A DNA stretch of 63,473 nucleotides, filler included, from Pelomyxa schiedti (Eukaryota > Protista > Evosea): assembly GCA_020536535.1 (NCBI GenBank). It is 13 parts of 13 records of this genome, joined end to end, with 100 filler letters (N's around TTAATTAATTAA, not from the genome) between each part and the next. Parts side by side here need not be neighbours in the genome. Positions count along the whole stretch, not along the records: positions 20,190 to 31,578 come from JAHLWZ010000018.1; positions 31,679 to 34,057 come from JAHLWZ010002016.1; positions 34,158 to 47,318 come from JAHLWZ010000161.1; 10 more parts are not named here. The stretch is one strand, 5' to 3'. The translations under genes and the position numbers were made by a program. Below are positions 25,614 to 37,200 of this stretch, one piece after another. Position 1 is the first letter of the stretch. The number at the start of each line of letters is the position of its first letter. The notes below the pieces were generated by a model that saw only the letters and a list, made by a program, of their open reading frames with translations, was not told where the DNA came from and did no database searches.

Positions 25614-26132
25614 AAAAAATTGTTTTCAAAGCAATTCGATGAAAAAAAATGTTGATTGGTACTCAGGGGTGATTCTATGGCTAAGAAAGTCTTGGCCGGT
25701 TGTTGGTTTCTTTCTACGGGGAGTACTGCAGGATCAACGACACATACACCGAGGGGAAAAAAACGCTTCTCATGGAACGTCGACGATCAAAACTGGGCCC
25801 TCTTCTTCACCAACAGCAGAACCCACAACAGAGAGGGAGGAGAGGGAGAGCAGAACCAACAACATCAACCGATGCTTTTCTCCCTCTCGCCGGGCGAGTA
25901 GGGCCTTGCGCGGCGCCTCGGCACAGTTCCTCGCCCTTGTGTGTGCGTTGCTCACGCTCATGAGCCTGCACATGGAAGGTGTAATTCAGTGTGGAAGGTT
26001 CAAGTCACGCTTCTCCAGGTGCATGTATGTGCAAATCGGCTGAGGTGCAGTCGGTGGATGTCTGGCGAACTTCTCAATGTGGGAGGAGTACAGGTTAGCG
26101 GAGCGGGGGTTAGCAGAGCACAACCACAAAAT

Positions 26133-28089
26133 CAGGGTTTTTTGATTTTGGGTATGGATTTTTTTATGAGAAAAAAAGTTTAACAAGGGCTGGCTGGTGT
26201 GGTATGGGTTTACACACGTTGTACATTCCACACCAATAAAATAAAACCCAGAGCAACAAAATGGTTGACCAACAATGTGTATCGACAACCACAAAGAGTC
26301 ATCGAGAGGCAGACACATGTGCCACCATCCACCTCAGTCAAGAGTGCTTCAAGCATTTACATAAGTACTGTGAGGGCAACAACTGTCATTCTGTACATTC
26401 TTGTGTGGAGAACATGGTGAATTCACTCCTGTTACCAGAGCCTGAGGACAAACAAACCATGATTAATGCTCTGATTTGAGTGATATTCCTTGCCCCACTT
26501 CTGTTTCTGCAACTGTAAATGCACTGCATGCTGTTGAACACCATAACATTGCAGAGCTTGTGCCAAAAACCATGGGCTTCCATCTATTGTATGACACCTC
26601 TCCAAGACATGCTCCTGTAGCCATTTCCTTGTGTGTTGATGGTGTACCTACTATCAAACTCTTGTCTGCTGGAGTAACAGCGAATTTGTCTGCTGATTGT
26701 GAAGCAGCAGGAATTGTTGCTAGCTTGTCTTCAATTGGAATTCACTCAAAGGAGGCTAAGGAACATCTAGTTTCCTTTATTGGAGATAATTGTCCTGGTA
26801 CTTCCAAAAACCTTTTGTTGTCTGTAATAAAAGTTAGGCATGCAAGAGGACAGTGGAGGAACTATTGAGACAGTGAAAAAGTGGTTGGGATGTCTGGGTA
26901 CAGTTTGAACTGGTTGCTGGGATCATCTGCTGAACTTGGGGCTCAAGCATGCCATTGAAGAAATTTTTGGAGTTCCACATGTTGGAGCCATCACATCTGA
27001 TTCCCCAGTGAATCCATCAGTGTGCCTTTATTCTTTGTGGTGGCTGTCACATGGGGATGCAGCAATGAGTCCCTTAGAGTGGGAAGATGTTTCTAAAAGG
27101 TATTGTGCCACCATCAATCTCCATCCCCCAAAGGTGATACAGTTTCAACAACCAATTTTATCCTGGTATGTGAGCAATTTCTGTGTTGAATATTCACTGT
27201 TAACAGCTGGGATACTGTAATTACAGCAAATCAGATTGTTCTGGAGAATCTACCTTTCCTTCAAGGCTTGCTTGAGTTCATTCACACAACAGTAGACACT
27301 GCTCAGTCCTCAATTTATACAACTTGTGCTATACTACTCAGGTGGCTCTCTGATGATCTAATCCAAATCTTTCTTCATGTTTTGAAGGATTTCACAACTT
27401 ACTTTTTACCACATGTTATCTGGTCAGCAGAGGCAGACACATTGAATAATCTTCCTGCTGGGTTCAAGGCACACCTATGGCAGAAGAAGTGCATTCCTTG
27501 TTCAAGGATCTTCATTTTATGGTGGATACCCCTGATTTAGCCTTCAAAGAAACCATCAACTTTCTCTCTGGACTAAACAATCCCCTGAAACAGAATGCAG
27601 GGATCAATGTTTACCACACATTTGCCTCAGTGTTTGAGACAACAATAAAACCAAAAGCTGTGGAGTGGCAAACATAACCTCAGGTGAGCACAGCCCTGGG
27701 CAGTCCTGACTGGGTGACCTTTGGCCCTTGGGAAGAGCATGGATGATGCTGACCGTGCCAGCATCTATGCTGATGTGTGTAAAGATGAAGTCACACCTCA
27801 GATGATAAGCAGTTTTTTTGACTGTTGGCCAGAGGTTCTCCCTAGCATCCTCTCTTCTGTTCAGGGTCAAGTCATACAAAATGGGTCCCCCTTTGATAGA
27901 TTTCGAAAAGAAGTGTGCTGGACACAACCTCATTCAACAAAGCCAATAGAAAGCTTGTTCAATCTTGTTGATTTCATTTTGGAGAAAGCTCCACAGATGT
28001 CAATGCATTCCTTTGAAGCAAAACTGACTCAAAAAAAGAATTTTTACCCAGATTTTTTTGATGTTTTTGGTGTGAGTCCCAAAATTTAA
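26133..28089 (+). mobile_element. Decayed hAT-like DNA transposase remnant
   Basis: Begins CAGGGTTTT where this copy diverges from 21900. Broken ORFs carry FIGDNC, WLGCLG/xSLNWLL, QPILSW and TKPIESLFN, resembling hAT DDE, CxxH, RW and C-terminal motifs. Confidence 0.5.
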
Positions 28090-30500
28090 TTGATGTTTTC
28101 CTTGAAGGACACTGACCACGCACACCAACATGGGTGTAACATCCTCACAGCGGTCTTGGCATCTGCCAACTTGGTAGCCTTGAGCTCCACATCCCCTGAA
28201 AATTGATCATAACTAAGATGTATCTCTTGCCCTTCTTCATGACCACCAGCAGTGGGCTGACACAGTCGATGCTGACACACACCCCTGGTCTTGTAGGGAC
28301 TGGTAGTGGGTGCCCAACACTACTATCTGTGTGTGCAACCCCTTTTGCCAAGGTACACTCTTCACCAGTACAGGTCCTGGATGCGTACAAGGGTGTATTC
28401 AGCTGACATGTGGCCAGCGAATATGCTGTTGTGGTTGTCTCATGTTAGCTTCTGTGGGCTCAAGAATAAGTCCCACAGAGGAAGAAAACGAGTGAGAGTG
28501 AAGAGAATAAAGGGTTCTCTTGTTTGTTCTCGTCGTTATTGTAAAGGGGATAAAAAGGGAGTGTGTAAAATCTTGCAGAGCGGTTGTGCGATTGGGTTAA
28601 AAGGCTGTGATGTTCAAATGGGTTCTCAGACAAGTGTGCATGTAATCAAAACCACCTGCCGTTCCTGTGCAAGACTCTAAGTTTCATTGGCAGTAACTCG
28701 TTCCTAGTCAACCAGGCCTGGATTGCACATCAATCCCCATCCCTCTCCTGCATAGCCTGCCATCCTTCCAACCCCGTCCCCAGTGCCAGACCATGCAGCC
28801 AATACTCTAAATCCCCCTTCCACTGGGTAGGTGCCTTCCAGTCAGTCAAGACCTTGATCCTTCCTTCGTCCATTTGGATGCCCTTCTTTGATACTGTATG
28901 TGCCAGGTAACTGACAGAGTGGTGGAAAAACTTGCATTTGCTGGACCTTGAGGTTTGCTCCACGCAATCTCATGAGAACCTCCCAAATATTCTGGATGTG
29001 CTCCTCAAAGGAATGCCCCATGATTATGATATCATCAATGTATACCAGACAGATCTTCCCAATTAAAGAAAGGTAGCAATGCATGTAATAAAAACAAGGC
29101 AAGCAAAAGGGGTAACCAGCAAAAAACACTACCAAAGGTAGTGTTTTTTGCTGGAGACATTACAACTGAAGGGTGCTGCTCCCCTATTACACTCACTCCA
29201 CCATGCAGTTGGTTGGTCAAAGGGAAAAAAAAAAACCCTGGGGCGAGAGGTGTGTTCTGGGAGTTGATCCCAGGACCATATCGCAATCAGCTTCTGGAAA
29301 GTTTGGGATGTGTTTGCCATGCCAAACTGCATCACAGATGAACCCTGTCTTGTGGATGTACTCTTTAGCAATGGGCACCTGCCAGAAACCACTCATCATG
29401 TCTAGTGTGCTGAACCAGCTGTTACAGCTCAATGCCTGCAGAGTCTTGAAAACGTTGGGAAGTGGGTAATTGTCCTTCAGGATTTCCTTGTTGAGGGCCT
29501 GGTAGCTGGTACATAACCTCATTCTATCCTTCTTCTGAGAGATGGACAGTGGTGCAACCCACTCACTCTTCCCAGGTGCTATCACATCAATCCTGAGCAT
29601 CTCCTGTATCTCCTTCCCTATCACGACCTCTTCCTTTGGTGTGAACTTCTTCTCAGGCCTCACTGCGGTCTTGCATACTTTAGTGGGTATGTGGTGTTCC
29701 ATGAGGGTAGTCCTCCCCAGCTTTGTGTGGTCATTGGTAAGGATGTCAGCAAACTTGGTGCTTGCCCTCACTTCTATGCTCTTCCCAGTGTCTGCTGGAT
29801 TATCAGGAACACTAGAACTTCTAGTGATCTGTCCTGGGTACAGAGTAATATCGGACTGTTTTGTATTCTTCTGCTTCCTCTAGGAGTGCCTCAGTCGACT
29901 GCCCACAAGTGATTGTTCTGCTCCTGAAACTCACCCCAATTCTAGTCAACCAGTGCCTCCAACCCCAGTGATTGTGCCACACCATGGCTCCCTGTGAGCA
30001 CTTTTGTTCTTCCATTGAAGCCTCCTGAACACAGTCCATCCATGAGAGAGATGTTGGCACATGAATCAAGTGCGATGGCCATTCTGACACCTGCAATCTC
30101 ACCCCAGACAGATTAATGGTACTCGGTCGGTGCCCTTGAAGAAATGGGATTGGATTTTCGTTGGCCCAACGGGAGGGCCAATGCAAACTTCCGTGGCGCC
30201 ATCATTTACGGTGACTAGCGGAGAGTGTTCCGCCACTGCAGTGGCGCTGCGCGGTCATCTCAGCTAGCCCGGTGCTCAAGGTCTGGCACGTCGTATGAGA
30301 CGTGCTTTCCCTTGTGTGCGCCCCTCCCAAAGCGACTTGGCCGAGGCCCGCTCCTCCCAAAGCGATGTGGCCATCGGTGCTTTTAATAAATGCCCCTCCC
30401 AAGGCTATGTTTTCATCCACCTCTTCCGTGGTGGGATTTGCCCCTCCCAAGGCGAAGTCGGTATTCGCGTAGTCGACGACGGAGCAACCCAATGGCGTGC
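28086..30500 (-). mobile_element. Decayed Ty3/Gypsy retrotransposon, longer copy
   Basis: RT motifs RLCTSYQALN...DNYPLP, FSTLDMMSGFWQVPI...KTGF, VYIDDIII; integrase remnant at 28145-28390. Confidence 0.9.
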
Positions 30501-30568
30501 CTGCACATCGGCGATAGCGAACCTACACAAACGTGTGAAGAAACGTAGACTCTTTTATTATTTCGAAG

Positions 30569-31260
30569 TTAATTAATGTTTGGGTGGTGCGGTACCAGGC
30601 TCGGGCTGTGTATTGGCGTCGCACATGCGGCATGGTTTGGGGCACGCTGCCCAATAGTGGCCCAGCTCATCGCAATTTCGTTGCTGGTGCCGGTGGTGTT
30701 GGCGGTATTATAACCGCCGTCGGTGCTGTAGTTGTGAACAAGGCTGGTCCGCCATAGAAAGCCCCGCCGGTGCTCTCCCAGGGAATTGGTGTAAACCCAC
30801 AAAACACGTCTGGTGGTGTACAGTACAGTTCAATGAGTGTAAGAAATGAAAATTGCGTTAGTGTGGCCTTTAAATATTATGCGAATAATATTAGTAGAGA
30901 CATATATGAAAATATAATATTAAACAAATAGAAAGCGACTAAACTACTACATGGAAGATGTCAAAAAATGAGTTTATTTTTTTATTAATGAAAAAAAAAC
31001 ACAAAAAAAGAGTACAGACAGTTTTGAGGAGTCCTCACAATTGCTGCCGTTGAGCCCCAGCCGTTGCACCTGTGGTGGGAGCTCGAAGCAGAAAAGGCAT
31101 CAACTCCCACTCACCACCCTGGCCCCGCACCATGAACGCGTGCCCCAGGCTGGCCTCGTTGCCTGCCACCATTTCATGCAGCTGGTTGTCGAGCTCGGCC
31201 GTGGTGAGAATTTTGCTGCCTGGGAAATGTGGTGGCAAAGTGGAAAACCTTACATGGCAC
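30569..31260 (-). pseudogene. Deleted TLDc paralog
   Basis: Duplicate of 23670-24390 with other deletions. Confidence 0.7.
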
Positions 31261-31678
31261 CGTGACAAACCGCCACGACGACGATACGACTGAATCGGTA
31301 GCATTGAAAGAACTTGGGAATTTTGATTGGCACGTGGACAGGGGTTATCCTCTGGCTGAGGAAATTTTTGGCAGGTCTGGACTTTTGACAGAACCGTGGT
31401 TTTAAGCAGCATTGGGAGTACTGCAGGATCAACGACCCATGTGTGGAAGCTTCTGATGGACGATCAAAACTCGTGGGTAAAGAAAAAACAAAAGTTTTGT
31501 CATGTCCCTCGTTAAACAGAGGCGCAGAAATATCAAGGCCAAAAACACTCACAAACAACAACACAGTTCAACTCCAGCNNNNNNNNNNNNNNNNNNNNNN
31601 NNNNNNNNNNNNNNNNNNNNNNTTAATTAATTAANNNNNNNNNNNNNNNNNNNNNNNNNNNNNNNNNNNNNNNNNNNN

Positions 31679-32708
31679 CGCAGGGAAATACTGCCAGCGT
31701 TCAACAGTCGTTGCACCCATAAGTGCGTTCCCAAGTCAACAAGAAGTGTACTTCGCAAACATAACACTGGTAACACGGGCAGCCCTCTTGTTGCAGGTGG
31801 GCATATCTGGAGGGCAGGGGCGGTCATTTTACATAGGAAAAACGACAGGAAAATTGTAAAACTGGTTCAATAGGCACTCCCAGGAGTTCTTTCCACAGTT
31901 GAAGCAAAGTATCAGTCAACTCTTCAATGAACAACCATTTGTGAAGTTCAATACATCCAGCAGTGTGTGAAAGATGCTCTCCACTGAGGAGCAGTGAGTA
32001 TCATTGGACCTCCATTGCACTTGCACCTGCTGCCTGAGTTCAAGTGCAGTGTTGTTTCCTGCACTCCAAGGTTTTTGCCATGACATACTTCTTGTTGCTT
32101 TACCTTCAACAACTTCATTGGTGTGACATTGAGCTTTTCCCCAACAACAAGCACAAAGGCTCCACATGGTAGACAAACACCTTACTGAGTGACCCAAAGT
32201 GTTCACCCCTGGTGGTGAAGGTTTCATTGAGGGAAAAGTTTTGATGGTCTGATTTCCTTGGAAAAAAACTGAACAAATATGCTAAAACAAGGTGGACATG
32301 TCGAAAAGGCATCGGCAACAGTCCCACATCTCAGTGTCAACCATAGCCCACAGTTCGGTGGTCCTGGTGCTCGATCTGGAAAGAAGAAACAAAAAACCCT
32401 TCTTCACCTAACAGATCATTGGCCTCAGGGCCATTGCTATCACTACCAGTATCAGCGTCGTCCTCAGAGGAACTTCGGGATGACTCTGAGTCCTTGCTGT
32501 CTTCGCCTTTGCCGTGGTGACGTTTTCGTGAGCCGTGTGGTTTCTTGTGGTGTCCCAGAGTCATACTTGCTATTCCAGACTTGCACTCTTTCCTGCACCC
32601 GTGACTGCATTGACTACAACCCGCGTCCATGTCGATTTCCCACAGATCAGATCTTGGGACTGTTTCCAGTACCCAAAAATTAATTGTTCTTGTTAAGCCT
32701 GTGGGCAT
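31679..32708 (-). mobile_element. Possible piggyBac-like transposase remnant
   Basis: Acidic/Ser N-terminus, MPFRHVHLVLAYLF, SLNETF, and C-terminal FIEELTDTL...CYVC...RTYGCNDC resembling the piggyBac cysteine-rich domain; broken frames. Confidence 0.45.
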
Positions 32709-34249
32709 CCAGTTGAGCTAAAACCTAGCAACAACAAGGTGCATATCCATTCCACTTTACCAGAGTGCAAATGATTGGAGATCAGCGCAACGGCTGTCCT
32801 TTCACCCCCCTGAATTCAATTTTTGGTACCAGAAGGGAGTAAACCACAGCCGGTGGGAATGGTGGAAATTAATTAAATAAAAAATTAATTAATTGTAATG
32901 TGTATTACACCCCTTCCACCCTTCTCAATACCAAACCTATTCCTCCTTCCTAGTTAATAAACTACCACACTCCTTCTCTCCAATCTAATGGAATCAAATG
33001 CAGCAATTAGAAAGCCAAGCTATGGCTTTGGCACATTACATCTTACTTACACATTATGCAGACACCACCTCTGTGTCCACTCAGTTTGTGCCAACATCTG
33101 CATCTAGTGGGAATTCTGGTGTTGCCCCTTGTGCTACATGACTTCATATCCAAACTCTAATGTGAATTTTGGTGTTGCAACTTCCAATACCACAGCTTCT
33201 GGGGCTATGACTGCTGCTCTGTCCTCATCCACTGCAACCAGTGCAATCACTTCACATGGATCAGAACTGTGTAGAATTGATGAAAATCGGTCCAGAATAA
33301 GTGTATAAGTATTCAGGTACTTACTGTCAGCAAATGGTAGTTCAAGTGCCAAATGCAGGTTACAGTTGATTGGAATTTGTATGAGGGCCGAATTTACAGT
33401 GAATTGGTGTGACTTGCAGGTATGCAGGAATGTTGATGTTAATTAATTGAATGCAGGTATTGGAACTGATGCTTGAGTTAAAGGGCTGCACCATGATGTG
33501 GGTTTTGCTTTGATGAATGCACTAGATGATGCTTTGCAGGCTATGGAATTAACTGTGGGATGCAAAGAAGTACTCTTGCCTCCTTTGGTGTGTATTCCAG
33601 TCACGGATCTCTCAGTGTCTAATTGTTTGTTCAGAATGGACTTGTGGGCTTCTTTGGGCCTTCAGTGCAATCAGACCTTGAAGTGTGCAGTGTGTTATTG
33701 CCCACGTTGCCTAACATTGTTGCGAGAGATAAAGAATGCATGGGTGTCATGCAGGGCTGATATATTGCATTGGAGATCAGTCCTTGAACTACAACAGAGT
33801 TTGCTGTGCTTCAGATTTGCTTGCCAGAGTTCCTCCACCATTCCAGGTTTCCTTTCCTGGTTGATATCACCAGAATAACTTATTCCATTGCAGGAGCTTC
33901 GAAACAATGTGAAAATACCTTTGAGAATAGTGCTAATTCCTCCAGTGTCAGGTAAGAATAATTTCTTGATCTCCACCTAATAAATGAACAGAAATCCGCC
34001 AAAGAGAGAATACCTGAGTGCTGAAATGATTGGATGCCACCCCAATGGTGTGGATCTNNNNNNNNNNNNNNNNNNNNNNNNNNNNNNNNNNNNNNNNNNN
34101 NTTAATTAATTAANNNNNNNNNNNNNNNNNNNNNNNNNNNNNNNNNNNNNNNNNNNNATTCAGCATCACCCTTGTTTCTTGTTCCGGTACGCCAAAATCA
34201 ACAAACAATAGTTAGGTGAAAATGATCATCACTCTCTCATGGTGGTGGG

Positions 34250-37200
34250 TCAAGAGGAAGACGTGGCAGTTGTTGGTTCAGTGTGATTGCGGTGGTCAGG
34301 AAACGCTGCTGCGATGTTGGCGAGGCACCTGCTGATGTGTCCGGTAACGTCGTCGTCAGTCGTGGGAGTGTTGTTGTTGCTGTTGTTGGTCAGGTCAGGT
34401 CCGGAATTTGTGAACACGATCTCGGCGCACGTCATCAACACTTTGTCAATTGCCGAGAATGACGGCCGATCGATCTCTGTGTGTGCGCGCGCGCGTTTGT
34501 GTGGAGTCAGTGAGAGGTGGCGAGGAGGGAAAGAACGGGAAGGAAAAAAAAACAAACCGAGGAGCGAGAGGCAGGATTCGACAACGAGGCAGAACAGACC
34601 AACGCACGCACGGTGCACGTTGTTCATCTTGGGCTCAGACCGTAACGCGGAAGTTATTGCAAGCTTCCGGCTGAGGCACTCCACAACGGGATAGTCTCCG
34701 ACGTCATCACAAAGCCGGTCCACTTCTGTGTGTGTGTGTATGTGTGTGTGTTTGTGTTAGGTGAGGAAGGGTTGGCTTTTATTGTTTACCCGCGATTTCC
34801 GGGGCTGAGAGTGATGCCCGCTGGACCCTCATCAATTCTGTTACTTGGGCACCGGACTTTGGCATCTTGACTGATGGAACTTCGCCTTGAAGAAGTTCAC
34901 TCAGCAAAACTGCAANNNNNNNNNNNNNNNNNNNNNNNNNNNNNNNNNNNNNNNNNNNNNNNNNNNNNNNNNNNNNNNNNNNNNNNNNNNNNNNNNNNNN
35001 NNNNNNNNNNNNNNNTACAAAAAAACCTCAACACAAACACACCCAAATGTATCCGTCCATTCCAAGATGAATAAAATACTTTGTGCCTCTTTGTTCTCCT
35101 TTGGTGCAGTTTCCTTCCCACCCACTGAAGGAAACAGTGGGTGTGGGCTGGGGTTGAGAAAAAAAAGGAGGGAATGGAGTGGGCAGAAGTGCAAACGGCA
35201 TTGGAGATCACGAAATCTTTGTTGGTCAGATGCTCTCTCATCACAAAAACTTTTCAGGTTCTTGGCACTTTCTTCCTCCAATGTTTTTATGTATGCCTCC
35301 AGCTCCATGAGTTCTTGAAAAAGGGGAAAAAAAAACCCCCAGTGAGGAGGGAGCCAATGATGAGTTCAACTGGAGGAGGAAGAAGGTGTGTTAAAACCCT
35401 TGTTCTTGGCAGTCATGTCAGACACGGTCTTTTCTTGCAACCTTTGGAGCTCCATCTGTGTGTATGCATGTTGTTAAGAGATTATTATTGCAGTCATTGT
35501 CAACACCAAGGCAAACAACAACAACACCAACACACACCTCTGAATTATGTTCCCCTTGATGATGTGCATTCACATGAATGAGAAACGCAAAAAAGAAAGA
35601 AGATCTGAAAGGAGAAGGAAGGAGGAAAGGAAAAGAGAGCACAAACACATTGTTGTTGAAGCTCACGGAATCTTTGTTGGTTGTCTGTATCTCTCTCTTC
35701 ATAGATTCGTTTCATTTCTTTAATTTGCATTTCATGTTGTTTTCTTTCTTCATGGAGAAGATTCAGGTTCTTTGCATTTTCTTCCTCCAATTGTGTGACT
35801 CTTGCCTTCAGTTCCGTGATCTCATCTTTTGAACACACAAAGTGCGTCGTTGGCATTTTCATTTGAGGGGAAGGGGTTTTTCACTAAACTCTTCATCTGC
35901 CTTGCCTCGATTTCCCAGCAGTCTCTCTCTTGTTTCCTGATGTTGTTGTTGTTGATGGTGTCACCTCCTTCGTTGAGAGCTTTGGGGACCACTTCTTTGC
36001 TGCTCCCCATTGTTGTTGTGGTTGTTGGTCTTGCAGTTGCTGGTTGTGGCTGTGGTTTTGGTGGGGTGAATGATGGTGGTGATGCCTCGTCATGTCTCAG
36101 ACACATGTCTTGGAACACTTGATGCACTTGCTCATTTGTTGAGCTCTCAAGTGCTGTTTTTCCCTCCATGTTCTGTGCCAACAGGAAAATTACAACACAT
36201 GTCAATCAAATAGGGGGGAAAACAACCTTGATGTGACTGCCAATACCCACACAAGACAGAAGTTGTTTCACAATTGCAACGTCTCCTTTTCTGCAGGCAA
36301 GATGAAGGGCAGTCTGAAAGAGAGAGACGAAAATAAGCTTTGTGTCAAACATATAAATGAAAGAAAACAAAGACTACTGAAGGGGGTGGGTACGTACATC
36401 ACCCTTTAAATTTGAAAGGGAGACCCCCAAAAAAAAATAAATGAGCAACACAACAAGAATAAGAAAGTTGTACTTGCTGAAAAATAAGAAGGTGAGAACA
36501 GGAAAGATTCAAGGAGTGGAGATCATACAATCTGCCACAGTGCAAAAGAGCAGAAACATCACGGAAAGTTAGAACAAAAGCTGCCAGGGAGTGGAGACTT
36601 ACTCCCTTATGGCAACAACAGTAACAAAAAGAATATAAAGTGTTGCATAGAAAAATTGAAGCAAGTCAGAAAATTTGATGAATAAACGTAATAAAAAGGG
36701 TTGGGAGCAGTTACACACAGACTGAACATGCCACATAGTGAAGCAAAGAGAGATGAATTGAAGCAAGTCAGAAAATTGAAGAATAAACGCAATAAGGAGC
36801 AGTTACGCACATGCTGAACATGCCACAGAGTGAAGCAAAGAGAGATAAATTGAAGTAAGTCAGAAAATTGAATAATAACACAATAAAAAGGGTTGGGAGC
36901 AGTTACACACAAGCTGAACATGCCACAGAGTGAACCAAAGAGAGATGAATTGAAGTAGGTCAGAAAATTGAATAATAACACAATAAAAAGGGTTGGGAGC
37001 AGTTACGCACAAACTGAACATGCCACAGAGTGAAGCAAAGAGAGATAAATTGAAGCAAGTCAGAAAATTGAAGAATAAACGCAATAAAAAGGGTTGGGAG
37101 CAGTTACGCACAAACTGAACATGCCACAGAGTGAAGTAAAGAGAGATAAGTTGAAACAGGTCAGAAAATTGAAGAGAAAACACAATAAAAAGGGTTGGGA

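Noticed and set aside
34728-34751. (TG)n microsatellite, also at about 44298-44327
   Set aside because: Ordinary intronic simple repeat
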